NCBI GenBank assembly: GCA_016432585.1
Contig: CP066696.1
Location: 388,113-452,112 of the forward strand
Direction of reading: 5' to 3'
DNA from: Candidatus Saccharimonadota bacterium
GTDB lineage: Bacteria > Patescibacteriota > Saccharimonadia > Saccharimonadales > Saccharimonadaceae
Length of the DNA stretch: 64,000 nt
Shown here: piece by piece, positions 1 through 9,903 of the stretch
Numbering within the stretch: position 1 is the first letter of the stretch
Layout: every line of letters starts with the position of its first letter
Program-made: the position numbers and the translations under genes
The notes under the pieces: generated by a model
The model's database searches: none
What the model was told of the DNA's origin: nothing
Seen by the model: only the letters and a program-made list of their open reading frames with translations

Positions 1-1
1 T

Positions 2-1942
2 CCGAAAGATCTTATTACGCAAGGTGGCGCTATTTCTATGGTGGGTGCCGTGCTTCTTATTGTGGCGGCACTTTTCTACTTTAAACGTTGGACATGGCTA
101 TGGAAAGAATGGTTAACGACGCTCGACGCTAAAAAAATCGGGATTATGTACGCGATTGTAGCGATTATTATGTTGCTTCGTGGTCTTGCCGACGCCGCGA
201 TGATGCGTGCTCAGCAGGCGCTTGCCAGCGGTGATGCGAATGGAATAATTGATTCCGACACGTTTCAGCAGGTATTTTCAGCACACGGCACAATAATGAT
301 TTTCTTTGTGGCGATGGGGCTGATGTTTGGGCTTATTAACCTTGTGCTACCTCTTATGTTGGGCGCTCGCGACGTTGCGTTTCCGTTTCTTAACTCGGTA
401 AGTTTTTGGCTGTTCGCCGCAGGAATGATTCTTGTTAATATGTCGCTTATTGTCGGTGGTTTTTCGGGTGGCGGATGGCTAGGATATCCTCCACTTACCG
501 AGCTGGCATATAGTCCAGGGGTAGGTGTCGATTATTGGATTTGGGCACTTCAGATTGCTGGAGTGGGAAGCCTGCTTTCAGGAATTAACTTTCTTGTGAC
601 AATTCTTAAAAAGCGTGCACCTGGCATGACACTTATGAAAATGCCGATTTTTGCGTGGAGCGTTTTGGTAACGACGGTCCTTATTATATTCGCGTTTCCT
701 ATTCTTACTGCAACGCTTGGCATGTTGTCGCTAGACAGGCTTATGGGAATGCACTTCTTTACCTCCGACTTTGGTGGCAACCCAATGATGTATATTAACC
801 TGATATGGGCATGGGGTCACCCAGAAGTCTATATTTTGGTGCTACCAGCTTTTGGTATCTTTTCGGAGATCGTGGCGACATTTTCACAAAAGAAATTGTT
901 TGGCTATAAAACTATGGTTGGTGCGCTATTTGCGATTATGTTCCTGTCGTTTATTGTGTGGCTTCACCACTTCTTTACCATGGGGGCGGGTGCCAATGTT
1001 AACGCGTTCTTTGGCATAATGACAATGGTGATCGCCATTCCTACTGGCGTGAAAGTATTTAACTGGCTGTTTACAATGTATGGTGGACGTATTCGGTTTA
1101 AGACGCCGATGCTGTGGTTCTTGGGCTTTGTTATTACCTTTACGCTGGGTGGAGTAAGTGGTGTACTTATGGCTGTGCCCGCGATTGATTTTCAGGTTCA
1201 CAACAGTTTATTCTTGGTTGCGCATTTTCATAATGTGATTATTGGCGGAGTGGTTTTCGGATTCTTTGCCGGGCTGACGTACTGGTTCCCGAAGATATTT
1301 GGGTTTACGCTAAACGAACGGCTAGGAAAATATGCGGTATACTGCTGGATCGTTGGCTTTATGGTGGCGTTTTTGCCGCTATATGTGCTTGGTCTTATGG
1401 GGGCAACCAGGCGCCTCGATCATTACGACAATGGTGGCTGGCAGATTCTGTTTATTGTTGCGGGCCTTGGCGTTATGATTATTGCGCTTGGTGTCGCACT
1501 GCAACTGCTGCAATTAGTAGTAAGTATTTGGCAGCGTAAAAAGAATCGTATCGGAAACGACCCATGGAACGGGCGCACTCTTGAGTGGTCGGTGCCATCG
1601 CCAGCGCCATTTTACAACTATGCTATAACTCCGCAAGTGCACGATAGGGATCAGTTTTGGGAGTCAAAGCGCGCCTTAGCTGAAGGTAAAAAACCCGAAA
1701 AGAGGCGATACGAAGATATAACGCTTCCTAAAAATAGTGGGCTTGGGTTTATTATTGGCATGCTGGCATTTATCTTTGGCTTTGGAATCGTGTGGCATAT
1801 ATGGTGGTTGGCGATTGTAGGGATTGTCGGTGTTATTATCTGTGTTATCGCTCGCTCGTCTGATGACGAGGTGGACTACATTTTATCTGCTTCCGAACTA
1901 AAAAGGCTGGATACGATGAACCAGCGAGAGGCGGTGGTATGA
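2..1942 (+). CDS. cyoB: Cytochrome bo3-type quinol oxidase subunit I (frame open from window edge; true start may lie upstream)
   Basis: Heme/CuB ligand motifs [31 protein letters not shown]-channel; PTGVK K-channel; followed by cyoCDE. Confidence 0.97.
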   Translation, partial: PKDLITQGGAISMVGAVLLIVAALFYFKRWTWLWKEWLTTLDAKKIGIMYAIVAIIMLLRGLADAAMMRAQQALASGDANGIIDSDTFQQVFSAHGTIMIFFVAMGLMFGLINLVLPLMLGARDVAFPFLNSVSFWLFAAGMILVNMSLIVGGFSGGGWLGYPPLTELAYSPGVGVDYWIWALQIAGVGSLLSGINFLVTILKKRAPGMTLMKMPIFAWSVLVTTVLIIFAFPILTATLGMLSLDRLMGMHFFTSDFGGNPMMYINLIWAWGHPEVYILVLPAFGIFSEIVATFSQKKLFGYKTMVGALFAIMFLSFIVWLHHFFTMGAGANVNAFFGIMTMVIAIPTGVKVFNWLFTMYGGRIRFKTPMLWFLGFVITFTLGGVSGVLMAVPAIDFQVHNSLFLVAHFHNVIIGGVVFGFFAGLTYWFPKIFGFTLNERLGKYAVYCWIVGFMVAFLPLYVLGLMGATRRLDHYDNGGWQILFIVAGLGVMIIALGVALQLLQLVVSIWQRKKNRIGNDPWNGRTLEWSVPSPAPFYNYAITPQVHDRDQFWESKRALAEGKKPEKRRYEDITLPKNSGLGFIIGMLAFIFGFGIVWHIWWLAIVGIVGVIICVIARSSDDEVDYILSASELKRLDTMNQREAVV

Positions 1943-2541
1943 GTAAAAACATGAAGATATCTGAGGCGGTAGCAGAATCCCAAGCTCAGCAAGAAATTAA
2001 GTCGTTAGGTTTTTGGATATACCTAATGACGGACTGCATTTTATTCGCAAGTTTGTTCGCGACATATATTGTTTTGCAGCGTGGCACATTTGGCGGGCCA
2101 GGTAGTCACGAACTATTCGATTTACAGTTTGTGCTGGTTGAAACTTTGTTGTTACTGACGAGTAGCTTTGTGTGCGGATTGACAATGCTTGCCGTTCGAG
2201 TAGGAAGAAAGAGTCATGTTATCGGTGGCTTGATAGCGACATTTCTTTTAGGTGCTGCATTCCTCGGCATGGAGCTTAGCGAGTTCGCGACTTTGGCGGC
2301 CGAAGGTCATGGATGGTGGTCGAGTGCGTTCTTGTCTGCATTCTTTACGCTAGTGGGAACGCACGGACTTCATATTGCTATTGGCTTGCTTTGGATCGGT
2401 GTGTTGGTATGGCAAATAAAGCGCAGAGGCTTAACCGATGGCGTTGTGCGGCGACTGGGTCTCTTCGGTCTGTTCTGGCACTTCCTTGATGTTATTTGGA
2501 TATTTATCTTCACGATTGTCTATCTGATGGGGGTACTATAA
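1939..2541 (+). CDS. cyoC: Quinol oxidase subunit III
   Basis: [24 protein letters not shown] and [13 protein letters not shown] motifs; ATGA overlap with cyoB. Confidence 0.95.
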   Translation: MSKNMKISEAVAESQAQQEIKSLGFWIYLMTDCILFASLFATYIVLQRGTFGGPGSHELFDLQFVLVETLLLLTSSFVCGLTMLAVRVGRKSHVIGGLIATFLLGAAFLGMELSEFATLAAEGHGWWSSAFLSAFFTLVGTHGLHIAIGLLWIGVLVWQIKRRGLTDGVVRRLGLFGLFWHFLDVIWIFIFTIVYLMGVL

Positions 2542-2915
2542 TGAAACAGCCTATGCAAAAAACAGAGTTTCACTCGGCGACAGTTATGCCGTATGTTATC
2601 GGATTTTTATCCGCTATTACCTTGACACTACTGGCCTATTTTATTGTCACCATGGAGCTTCTTTCGGGAAATATGGCAGCGTGGGTGATTATGGGGCTCG
2701 CCGCGGTGCAGCTGATGGTGCAGTTAGTGTTCTTTTTGCACCTCGGGCGTGATAAGAAATCGCGATGGAACGTTGCATCGTTCTACTTTATGTTGATCGT
2801 TCTTCTTATCATCGTTATTGGCTCGTTGTGGATTATGGAAAACCTCAACTACAACATGATGACGCCCGACCAGATGAACGAACATATGCTCAAAGAAAGT
2901 AGTAAAGGATTTTAG
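2541..2915 (+). CDS. cyoD: Quinol oxidase subunit IV
   Basis: YVIGF...VQLVFFLHL...GSLWIM.NLNYNMM; ATG overlaps cyoC stop. Confidence 0.93.
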   Translation: MKQPMQKTEFHSATVMPYVIGFLSAITLTLLAYFIVTMELLSGNMAAWVIMGLAAVQLMVQLVFFLHLGRDKKSRWNVASFYFMLIVLLIIVIGSLWIMENLNYNMMTPDQMNEHMLKESSKGF

Positions 2916-2917
2916 CA

Positions 2918-3781
2918 ATGTCTACCATAAAAACGTATTATTCACTTACGAAGCCAGGAGTTTTATATGGTAATGCCATAACAGCGGCCGCAGGATACTT
3001 GCTTGCCAGTCGAGGGGTGATAGAGTGGTGGCTTTTCTTGGCGCTTTGTGTTGGGTCAACATTGGTCATTGCCTCGGCGTGTGTGCTCAATAACTACCTC
3101 GATCAGGATATCGATAAAGTTATGGCACGGACAAAAAAGCGCGCGATTGTTAGTGGGGAAGTCTCGGGCCGCAATGCGGTTATTTTTTCAATCGTACTTG
3201 GCATACTTGGGCTTGCGATTTTAATTGCCTATACGAATCCGCTTGTAGTAGCAATTGGGGTAATTGGGTTTGTTGATTATGTGGTGCTGTACGGCATGCT
3301 TTCGAAGCGACTTTCTGTTCACGGTACGCTAGTGGGTAGTATATCGGGTGCGATGCCTATTTTAGCGGGATATTGTGCTGCAACTGGCGCGATCGATGTC
3401 GGTGCGTTTATTGTTTTTGCAATTTTGTTTTTGTGGCAAATGCCCGAATTTTATTCGATTGCGATTTATCGACGAAAGGAATACCAAAAAGCTGGCGTTC
3501 CTGTGATATCTGTTATGAATGGTGTTGAGAGTACGAAGCATCAAATCATTGCGTACACTGTTATGTTTGTTGTTGCAAGTTTGCTACTGGCTATTCTTGG
3601 TTATGCTGGTTCGACGTATCTTATCGTTATGGCGGCGCTAGGTGGGTATTGGATTGGCCTTGCGTTTCAGGGCCTTAAGGCAAAACATGCCGACGAGTGG
3701 GCCAGGAGAATGTTCCATTTCTCGCTAGTGATCTTATTGGTATTTTGCGGGTTAATCTCTGTGGACGCCTGGTTGCCATAA
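2918..3781 (+). CDS. cyoE: Protoheme IX farnesyltransferase (heme o synthase)
   Basis: LTKPG, NNYLDQDID..M.RT..R, WQMPEFYSIAI; operon position. Confidence 0.95.
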   Translation: MSTIKTYYSLTKPGVLYGNAITAAAGYLLASRGVIEWWLFLALCVGSTLVIASACVLNNYLDQDIDKVMARTKKRAIVSGEVSGRNAVIFSIVLGILGLAILIAYTNPLVVAIGVIGFVDYVVLYGMLSKRLSVHGTLVGSISGAMPILAGYCAATGAIDVGAFIVFAILFLWQMPEFYSIAIYRRKEYQKAGVPVISVMNGVESTKHQIIAYTVMFVVASLLLAILGYAGSTYLIVMAALGGYWIGLAFQGLKAKHADEWARRMFHFSLVILLVFCGLISVDAWLP

Positions 3782-3798
3782 GTGGTATACTTTCAATT

Positions 3799-4068
3799 AT
3801 GATACTTATAACACATATCGTTATAGCTCTCGCGAGCATCGGCCTTGCGACATTTGCTTTTATTTCACCTTCTGTGCGAAGTCTTAGGGGTGCGTACATT
3901 TCGGCCGCACTAACACTTACGAGCGGCATATATCTTGTTGTATCTGCACCTGCGCATATGGTTCAGGCATGTATTTCAGGCGTGATTTATTTGAGCATAG
4001 TGACAGTTGCAATTATGGCGGCTCGCAGTAAATTGGCTGCGCGCGCGTCGAGCAGTCACTATAGCTAA
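3799..4068 (+). CDS. Small membrane protein (about 3 hydrophobic segments)
   Basis: ATG 8 nt after TGGTATACT -10 box; hydrophobic 89-aa ORF between cyoE and ndh. Confidence 0.7.
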   Translation: MILITHIVIALASIGLATFAFISPSVRSLRGAYISAALTLTSGIYLVVSAPAHMVQACISGVIYLSIVTVAIMAARSKLAARASSSHYS

Positions 4069-4092
4069 TGTCAGAATAAGGAGCCATACCAC

Positions 4093-5292
4093 ATGAATAT
4101 TACAATTGTTGGCGGTGGGTTTGGCGGCGTTAAGGCGGCTTTAGAGTTGTCGAAAAATCGCAAAAACACAATAACGCTCATAACAGATAAACCGGATTTT
4201 CAGTATTATCCCGCGCTGTATAGCGCAGCAACAGGCTATAGCCATCTTGAATCGTGGGTGCCGCTAGGCGAGATTTTTGCTGGCAAAATGAATATTCACG
4301 TTCATATTGATACGGTCGTGGCGATCGACCCAGCTAAGAAAAATGTCACTGGCAAGTCGGGGCAAATATACGATTACGATAAATGTATTATGGCGCTGGG
4401 TGTTGTAACGACGTACTTTGGCATAAAAGGGCTCGACACGTATTCGTATGGAATAAAATCAGCAGATGAAATTAAGCGCCTAAAACACCGTATCTATACT
4501 GATATTGCCGAACATCATACGCTCGATAAGCATTATGTTGTTATTGGGGCCGGTCCTACGGGTGTTGAGCTTGCTGGAGCGCTGGGCACTTATTTGAAGC
4601 AACTTTGTCATAGATATGGCGTAAAAGACAGAGCTATGCGCGTGACGTTGATTGAAGCGGCGCCTAGGGTGCTGCCGCGCATGTCCGAGAGGACGAGCCA
4701 AAAAGTTACTGAGCGCCTAAAGAGGCTCGGGGTGAACGTGCTTGTGGGAACGACCGTTAAGGCCGAAGACGACGACGAGATTTTTATTGGCAATAAATCG
4801 ATAAAAAGTCATACGGTAATATGGACATCGGGTGTTATGAACCACCCATTCTACAAGGAAAATAGTGACCATTTTAAGCTTGCGCCCAATGGCCGCGTAG
4901 AAGTAAACCAGCACATGCTTGCTGCTAAAGATGTTTACGTGATTGGTGATAACGCGGCAACACCGTACACGGGACTGGCGCAAACTGCCCTGCATGATGC
5001 GATTTTTGTTGCACGAAATATCTTGCGCCAACAAAAGAAACGCAAGCCAAAAGAATATCACGCAGTAAAACCTCCTGTTGTTGTGCCCGTTGGTGAGGGC
5101 TGGGCGGCGTTTGAGTGGAAGTTTATATTTTTGTATGGACGTTTGGGGTCGCTACTACGTCGTGCGGCAGATTTTGTTGGCTATTCGGATATCTTGCCAA
5201 TTGGCCAGGCGCTTGGCGTGTGGCATGCCACGACAATCAAGGAAGATGATTATTTTACACCATCTAGCCCCGACAGTTCAGCCTCGAAATAG
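4093..5292 (+). CDS. ndh: Type II NADH dehydrogenase-like FAD oxidoreductase
   Basis: Two Rossmann motifs GGGFGG and GAGPTGVE; VYVIGD; AQTA quinone-site-like motif; SD AAGGAG. Confidence 0.85.
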   Translation: MNITIVGGGFGGVKAALELSKNRKNTITLITDKPDFQYYPALYSAATGYSHLESWVPLGEIFAGKMNIHVHIDTVVAIDPAKKNVTGKSGQIYDYDKCIMALGVVTTYFGIKGLDTYSYGIKSADEIKRLKHRIYTDIAEHHTLDKHYVVIGAGPTGVELAGALGTYLKQLCHRYGVKDRAMRVTLIEAAPRVLPRMSERTSQKVTERLKRLGVNVLVGTTVKAEDDDEIFIGNKSIKSHTVIWTSGVMNHPFYKENSDHFKLAPNGRVEVNQHMLAAKDVYVIGDNAATPYTGLAQTALHDAIFVARNILRQQKKRKPKEYHAVKPPVVVPVGEGWAAFEWKFIFLYGRLGSLLRRAADFVGYSDILPIGQALGVWHATTIKEDDYFTPSSPDSSASK

Positions 5293-5345
5293 ATGTGACG
5301 ATTTGATATACTATAACAAGTAAATAGTGAGGGAAAGAAAAACTT

Positions 5346-5936
5346 ATGGCCACACCGAAAAGTCAGCGTATCGGTATTTGGATTATTGCTATCGTGATGA
5401 TGATTGGAACGCTCGGATCGTTTGCTGTTATGGTATTGCAGTCTAAGAACGCGCAAACCGACCAAGCAGCGCAAAACAAGCTTTACGAAGAATACCAAAA
5501 ACAAATGGAAGCCGAAGAAAAGCGTACGAAGGAACTTTCCGACAAATATTACGCTACATTTAAGGCATACAAAAACTCACCAGCAGTATTCGACAAAGAA
5601 TCTGTTGGCGATAATGTTATTACCAAAGACCTGAAAAAGGGTACGGGAGCGGTAATTACTAAGGATACAAAATACGAAGCCTACTATATTGGGTGGAATC
5701 CTCGTGGTAAGTCGTTTGACAGTTCGTTTGAAGGCGAGTCGCTTAAGGCGCCATTTGACACCAGTGTCCTTAGTCCTATCAAGGGGTGGACCGACGGAGT
5801 TATTGGTATGAAAGTCGGCGGCGTGCGTCAGCTTACGATTCCATCGGATCTTGCATACGGCGAAACAGGAAGCGGCGATGATATCCCGCCAAACACGCCA
5901 ATCAAGTTTATTGTTATGATTGTTAACACAAAGTAA
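5346..5936 (+). CDS. Membrane-anchored FKBP-type peptidyl-prolyl isomerase
   Basis: N-terminal TM; FDSS, IKGWTDGVIGMKVGGVRQLTIPSDLAYG, IPPN. Confidence 0.92.
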   Translation: MATPKSQRIGIWIIAIVMMIGTLGSFAVMVLQSKNAQTDQAAQNKLYEEYQKQMEAEEKRTKELSDKYYATFKAYKNSPAVFDKESVGDNVITKDLKKGTGAVITKDTKYEAYYIGWNPRGKSFDSSFEGESLKAPFDTSVLSPIKGWTDGVIGMKVGGVRQLTIPSDLAYGETGSGDDIPPNTPIKFIVMIVNTK

Positions 5937-5949
5937 AAAGAAGGATACT

Positions 5950-6891
5950 ATGAGCGGAAAAATACGAGACGTTGTTATGATCGGGGCTGGCCCAAGTGCG
6001 CTTGCTGCCGCTGTTTATACGACGCGAGAGGATATCGACACGGTACTGTATGAAAAAGGCGTTATTGGCGGCCTAGCGGCAATAACCGATCAAGTCGATA
6101 ACTACCCTGGTTTTCCAGATGGCGTTCCTGGCCTTGAGTTGGCAGATCGCCTGCAAAAGCAAGCCGAGCGTTTTGGCGCCGAAATTGAATTCGGTGAGGT
6201 ATCTTCGATCCGCGATAATGGCGCTACTAAAATTGTCGTTGTTGACGGTGAAGAGGTAGAGGCAAAGACAGTGCTTATTGCAACCGGAAGCGACTACAGT
6301 AAGATTGGCGTTCCTGGCGAGCAGGAGTATTATGGCCGCGGCGTTCACTACTGTGCAACATGCGACGGAGCCTTCTACCGTGACAAACGACTTGTTGTTG
6401 TAGGCGGGGGCAACTCTGGATTTCAAGAGGCGATCTTCCTTACTCGCTTTGCGTCGCATATTGATTTGCTCGTACGCAGCACGGTAAAAGCAAGCGAAAT
6501 TCTGCAGCATGACATGCAGAAATACGTCGATGAAGGCAAGGTGACAATTCACTTGCAGACGGAAACGAAAGAGATCGTTGCAACGGACAATAAAATTACC
6601 GAAGTAAAAGCTGTCAAAAATGGCGAGCCAATCTCGTTTGCAACCGACGGTGTGTTTGTCTTTGTCGGTTTAAAGCCAAATACGCAGTTTCTTGAGGGGA
6701 GCGGTATCGAGTGTGACGAGCAGGGGCTTATTAAAACCGACAGCCACTTATCGACGAATATACCCGGTATTTATGCCAGTGGTGATGTTCGAAGTGGGGC
6801 AACAATGCAGGTTGCCAGCGCTGTTGGCGAGGGCGCGACAGCCGCGCTTTCGATACGCGAATACCTAGATGAACAAAAACGCGCCGCTTAG
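5950..6891 (+). CDS. trxB: Thioredoxin reductase
   Basis: GAGPS, NYPGF, HYCATCDG, VGGGNS, ASGD. Confidence 0.95.
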   Translation: MSGKIRDVVMIGAGPSALAAAVYTTREDIDTVLYEKGVIGGLAAITDQVDNYPGFPDGVPGLELADRLQKQAERFGAEIEFGEVSSIRDNGATKIVVVDGEEVEAKTVLIATGSDYSKIGVPGEQEYYGRGVHYCATCDGAFYRDKRLVVVGGGNSGFQEAIFLTRFASHIDLLVRSTVKASEILQHDMQKYVDEGKVTIHLQTETKEIVATDNKITEVKAVKNGEPISFATDGVFVFVGLKPNTQFLEGSGIECDEQGLIKTDSHLSTNIPGIYASGDVRSGATMQVASAVGEGATAALSIREYLDEQKRAA

Positions 6892-7586
6892 TCGGCGTGT
6901 TTTTTTACTTCGCTTAAAATACGATCAGGGCGATCAGTAACAATACCGTCGATACCTTGCTGCGTTAAAAGCAATGCAGTATGTGGTCGGTTGATGGTAT
7001 AGGCGTAAGTAAACAGGCGAGCGCGTTTTGCGATTTCAACGGCAAGACGGTTGATATACAGACGGTGGAACCCTACTGCCGAAAGCCGTAATTTGCGGTG
7101 ATACGCAATAAAAATAAATGGGTTTTCGCTATGAAGCAGGCTAAGGTTAGCGTGGGTGCTTACCTCGCGGATGGTGCTGAGTTCGCTACCGCGAAACGAC
7201 GAGAAGAGAATATTATTCCAGTCTGAGGCGCGCTTTGCGTAGTTGGCTTTAATTAGCTCGGCAACAACCTTGCCCGTACCGCGGCCCTTAACTTCGATAT
7301 TTAAAAGAATCTTGCCGAAAAACTCATTTAAGACGTCGGCAAGTGGAACGATCGGCTGCTTTTGTGTGCGCTCTAAAAGCTCACTTAGTGTATGGCGAGA
7401 AATGATTGAGGTGTCGTGATGGGTTCGAAGAGTGTGAAAGTCATGTACTAATACCGGGATTTTATCCTTGGTGAGGCGAACATCAAACTCTAAAATATCA
7501 GCATCGGCCTCTACGCCAGCCCGAAGCGCTTCGAGGCTGTTTTCTGGGGCCAAGCCGCCCGCACCACGGTGTCCAATGATTAACAT
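6888..7586 (-). CDS. Glycerophosphodiester phosphodiesterase family protein
   Basis: IIGHRG, APENS, EFDVRLTKD, HD, NIEVK, DGIVTD. Confidence 0.92.
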   Translation of the reverse strand: MLIIGHRGAGGLAPENSLEALRAGVEADADILEFDVRLTKDKIPVLVHDFHTLRTHHDTSIISRHTLSELLERTQKQPIVPLADVLNEFFGKILLNIEVKGRGTGKVVAELIKANYAKRASDWNNILFSSFRGSELSTIREVSTHANLSLLHSENPFIFIAYHRKLRLSAVGFHRLYINRLAVEIAKRARLFTYAYTINRPHTALLLTQQGIDGIVTDRPDRILSEVKKHAD

Positions 7587-7645
7587 AATTGCTCTCATTA
7601 TACCAAATTTGCTACAATAGAAGTAGTTAAATAACGGAGGCATAT

Positions 7646-8176
7646 ATGGCTGATTTTAATAAAATTCTAACTCCTGGCGATGTTGATGGCGGCGTTATCA
7701 ACGTTGTTGTTGAAATTCCGACCGGCAGCTCTCATAAAATTGAATGGAACCGCGAGCTTGCTGTGATGCAGCTTGACCGCGTAGAGCCTGCGATTTTTGC
7801 AAAGCCAACCAACTACGGCTTTATTCCACAAACGCTCGACGAAGATGGCGACGAGCTAGACGTTCTGCTTATTACGAACGAGCCGCTGCCAACGGGCATC
7901 TTTTTGGAAGCGAAAGTTATCGGTGTTATGAAGTTTTCTGATGATGGCGAAGTAGACGACAAGATTGTAGCGGTACCTGCAGATGACCGTAATACTGGCA
8001 ACGCGATTAACTCGCTGAGCGACTTGCCTGCGCAGCTTATCAAGCAGATCGAATTTCACTTTAATCACTACAAAGACCTTAAAAAACCAGGGACAACAAC
8101 TGTTCAAAGCTGGGGTGACGTAGAAGAAGCAAAGAGCGTTATTCACGAATCTATCGAACGCTGGAACAACCAGTAG
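7646..8176 (+). CDS. ppa: Family I inorganic pyrophosphatase
   Basis: VVEIP, NYGFIPQT, DGDELDVL, DDKI, HFNHYK. Confidence 0.95.
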   Translation: MADFNKILTPGDVDGGVINVVVEIPTGSSHKIEWNRELAVMQLDRVEPAIFAKPTNYGFIPQTLDEDGDELDVLLITNEPLPTGIFLEAKVIGVMKFSDDGEVDDKIVAVPADDRNTGNAINSLSDLPAQLIKQIEFHFNHYKDLKKPGTTTVQSWGDVEEAKSVIHESIERWNNQ

Positions 8177-8190
8177 AAGCCGATTGAAGC

Positions 8191-8224
8191 AAAAATAACC
8201 CGCATAGTAGCGGGTTATTTTTTT
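8191..8224. terminator. Bidirectional intrinsic terminator (ppa/rel convergent)
   Basis: AAAAATAACCCGC-ATAGTA-GCGGGTTATTTTT. Confidence 0.85.
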
Positions 8225-9753
8225 CGACGCTGGGCTTTTTGACGAATAATGTTGGCAGCGCCTGTGAGTGTTTCTATGACGTCACGTTTTTTAAGTTGTG
8301 AGCGTAGCTTTTCGCGAGCGTGCCCTGTCTTTACGAGATCGAGCCACGCCTGTTTTGGTGATGAAAGTTTGCGGGTGACAACTTCGACCACGTCGCCGTT
8401 TTGCAGCGGTTTATCGAAAGGATGGATATTGCCGTTAACACGGAAGCTGTAGGCGTGGGTACCAATGTCGCTGTGCACGAGAAATGCAAAATCGAGAGGC
8501 AATGCGCCTTCGGGAAGGTTGTAGATGTCGCCCTTCGGTGAGTAAACGAAAATGCGGTTGCCGAATAGGTCAATATTTAGCTGATCGCGCGAAATCTCGG
8601 CGCCAGAACGCAGGCGAGCAGAGATTTCTTGTAGCTGCGTAATCCATTGAAGATGCGCCGGTAGATTCGAGGAAGTTTCTCGTTTTTTAACATAATCTTT
8701 TGATGATTTTTGTTCATGATAATGAAAACTTGCCGCAAGACCCCGCTCGGCATAGTCGTGCATTGCAATGGTGCGAATTTGAAACTCTACGATCTGCTTG
8801 CTTGGGGTAATAACTGTAGTATGGAGGCTTTGATAGCCGTTGGGTTTAGGAACGGCAATGTAATCCTTGATTCGCGCAATCATAGGCTGGTAAAGCGCGT
8901 GAAGAATGCCAAGCACTTTGTAGCAATCGTCTTTATTGTCAACGATAACCCGAAGCGCCATTAGATCGTAGATATCATCGATATTGCCATCGACTTTGGC
9001 GAGCTTTTTGTGGAGACTGTAGATACTTTTAACCCGCCCGTTAACTTCGCCTTGAATTTTTTGCTTTTTCAGCTCGGCCTCTACTTCGGAGCGAACGGCC
9101 CCGAGTTTTCGCGTGCTTTTGCCAAGACGCTTGCGCATGATATTTTGCAAGCGTCGGTACTCTGCAGGATCGAGGTAGCTATAGGCAAGCTCCTCGATTT
9201 GCATGCGCACACGTCCCATTCCCAAGCGGTCGGCCATTGGCGCGAATACATCGAGGCTTTCGCGTGCTATTTTGGTTTGCTTTTCGGACGGCATGTATTG
9301 AAGTGTCGAAAGATTATGAAGACGGTCTGCTAGTTTAATAATGATAACGCGCACGTCCTGCCCAACGGCAATCAGAAGCTTTGACAGGTTGTCTTTTGTC
9401 TGCGGAAGATAATTATCGAGATTGCGCATTCCAGCCCGGGCCTGCGAGACCTTTGTGACACCATCGACCAAAAATGCGACGTCACGACCAAATAGATTCT
9501 CGATTGTTTCTAGCGTGGCGTCGGTGTCTTCGACGGTATCGTGAAGTACGCCGGCAAGCACGGTATCAATATCCATACCCCAATCAACCAGCGTATCCGC
9601 AACAGAAAGAGGGTGAATAATATACGGTTCGCCACTTTTACGCTTTTGCCCTGCATGTGCTTTAGTTGCAAAGTCGATAGCATGATCGAGCTCGAGAAGA
9701 TCGTTCTCGTCGTAGTGTGGAGTGGCGTGGGCTAGTAGGTCGCGCTTTTTCAT
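8215..9753 (-). CDS. rel: RelA/SpoT homologue (HD + synthetase + TGS; no C-terminal ZFD/ACT)
   Basis: GEPYIIHP, HDTVED, KLADRLHN, GRVKS, DLMALR, KPNGYQSLHT, EFQIRT, TGS-like DFAFLVH. Confidence 0.93.
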   Translation of the reverse strand: MKKRDLLAHATPHYDENDLLELDHAIDFATKAHAGQKRKSGEPYIIHPLSVADTLVDWGMDIDTVLAGVLHDTVEDTDATLETIENLFGRDVAFLVDGVTKVSQARAGMRNLDNYLPQTKDNLSKLLIAVGQDVRVIIIKLADRLHNLSTLQYMPSEKQTKIARESLDVFAPMADRLGMGRVRMQIEELAYSYLDPAEYRRLQNIMRKRLGKSTRKLGAVRSEVEAELKKQKIQGEVNGRVKSIYSLHKKLAKVDGNIDDIYDLMALRVIVDNKDDCYKVLGILHALYQPMIARIKDYIAVPKPNGYQSLHTTVITPSKQIVEFQIRTIAMHDYAERGLAASFHYHEQKSSKDYVKKRETSSNLPAHLQWITQLQEISARLRSGAEISRDQLNIDLFGNRIFVYSPKGDIYNLPEGALPLDFAFLVHSDIGTHAYSFRVNGNIHPFDKPLQNGDVVEVVTRKLSSPKQAWLDLVKTGHAREKLRSQLKKRDVIETLTGAANIIRQKAQRRKK

Positions 9754-9903
9754 GTAGTACTAGTATAATCTACTCTTGTAAAATAAAGAACAACCCTTGT
9801 AGGCGACCACTTTACAAAGGAATATGTTTTACAACTGATTACAAACCGGTATATAATACAATCAAAGTGCTTAAGCTATTTATTTTTAAGGAGTGGGGTT
9901 TTC

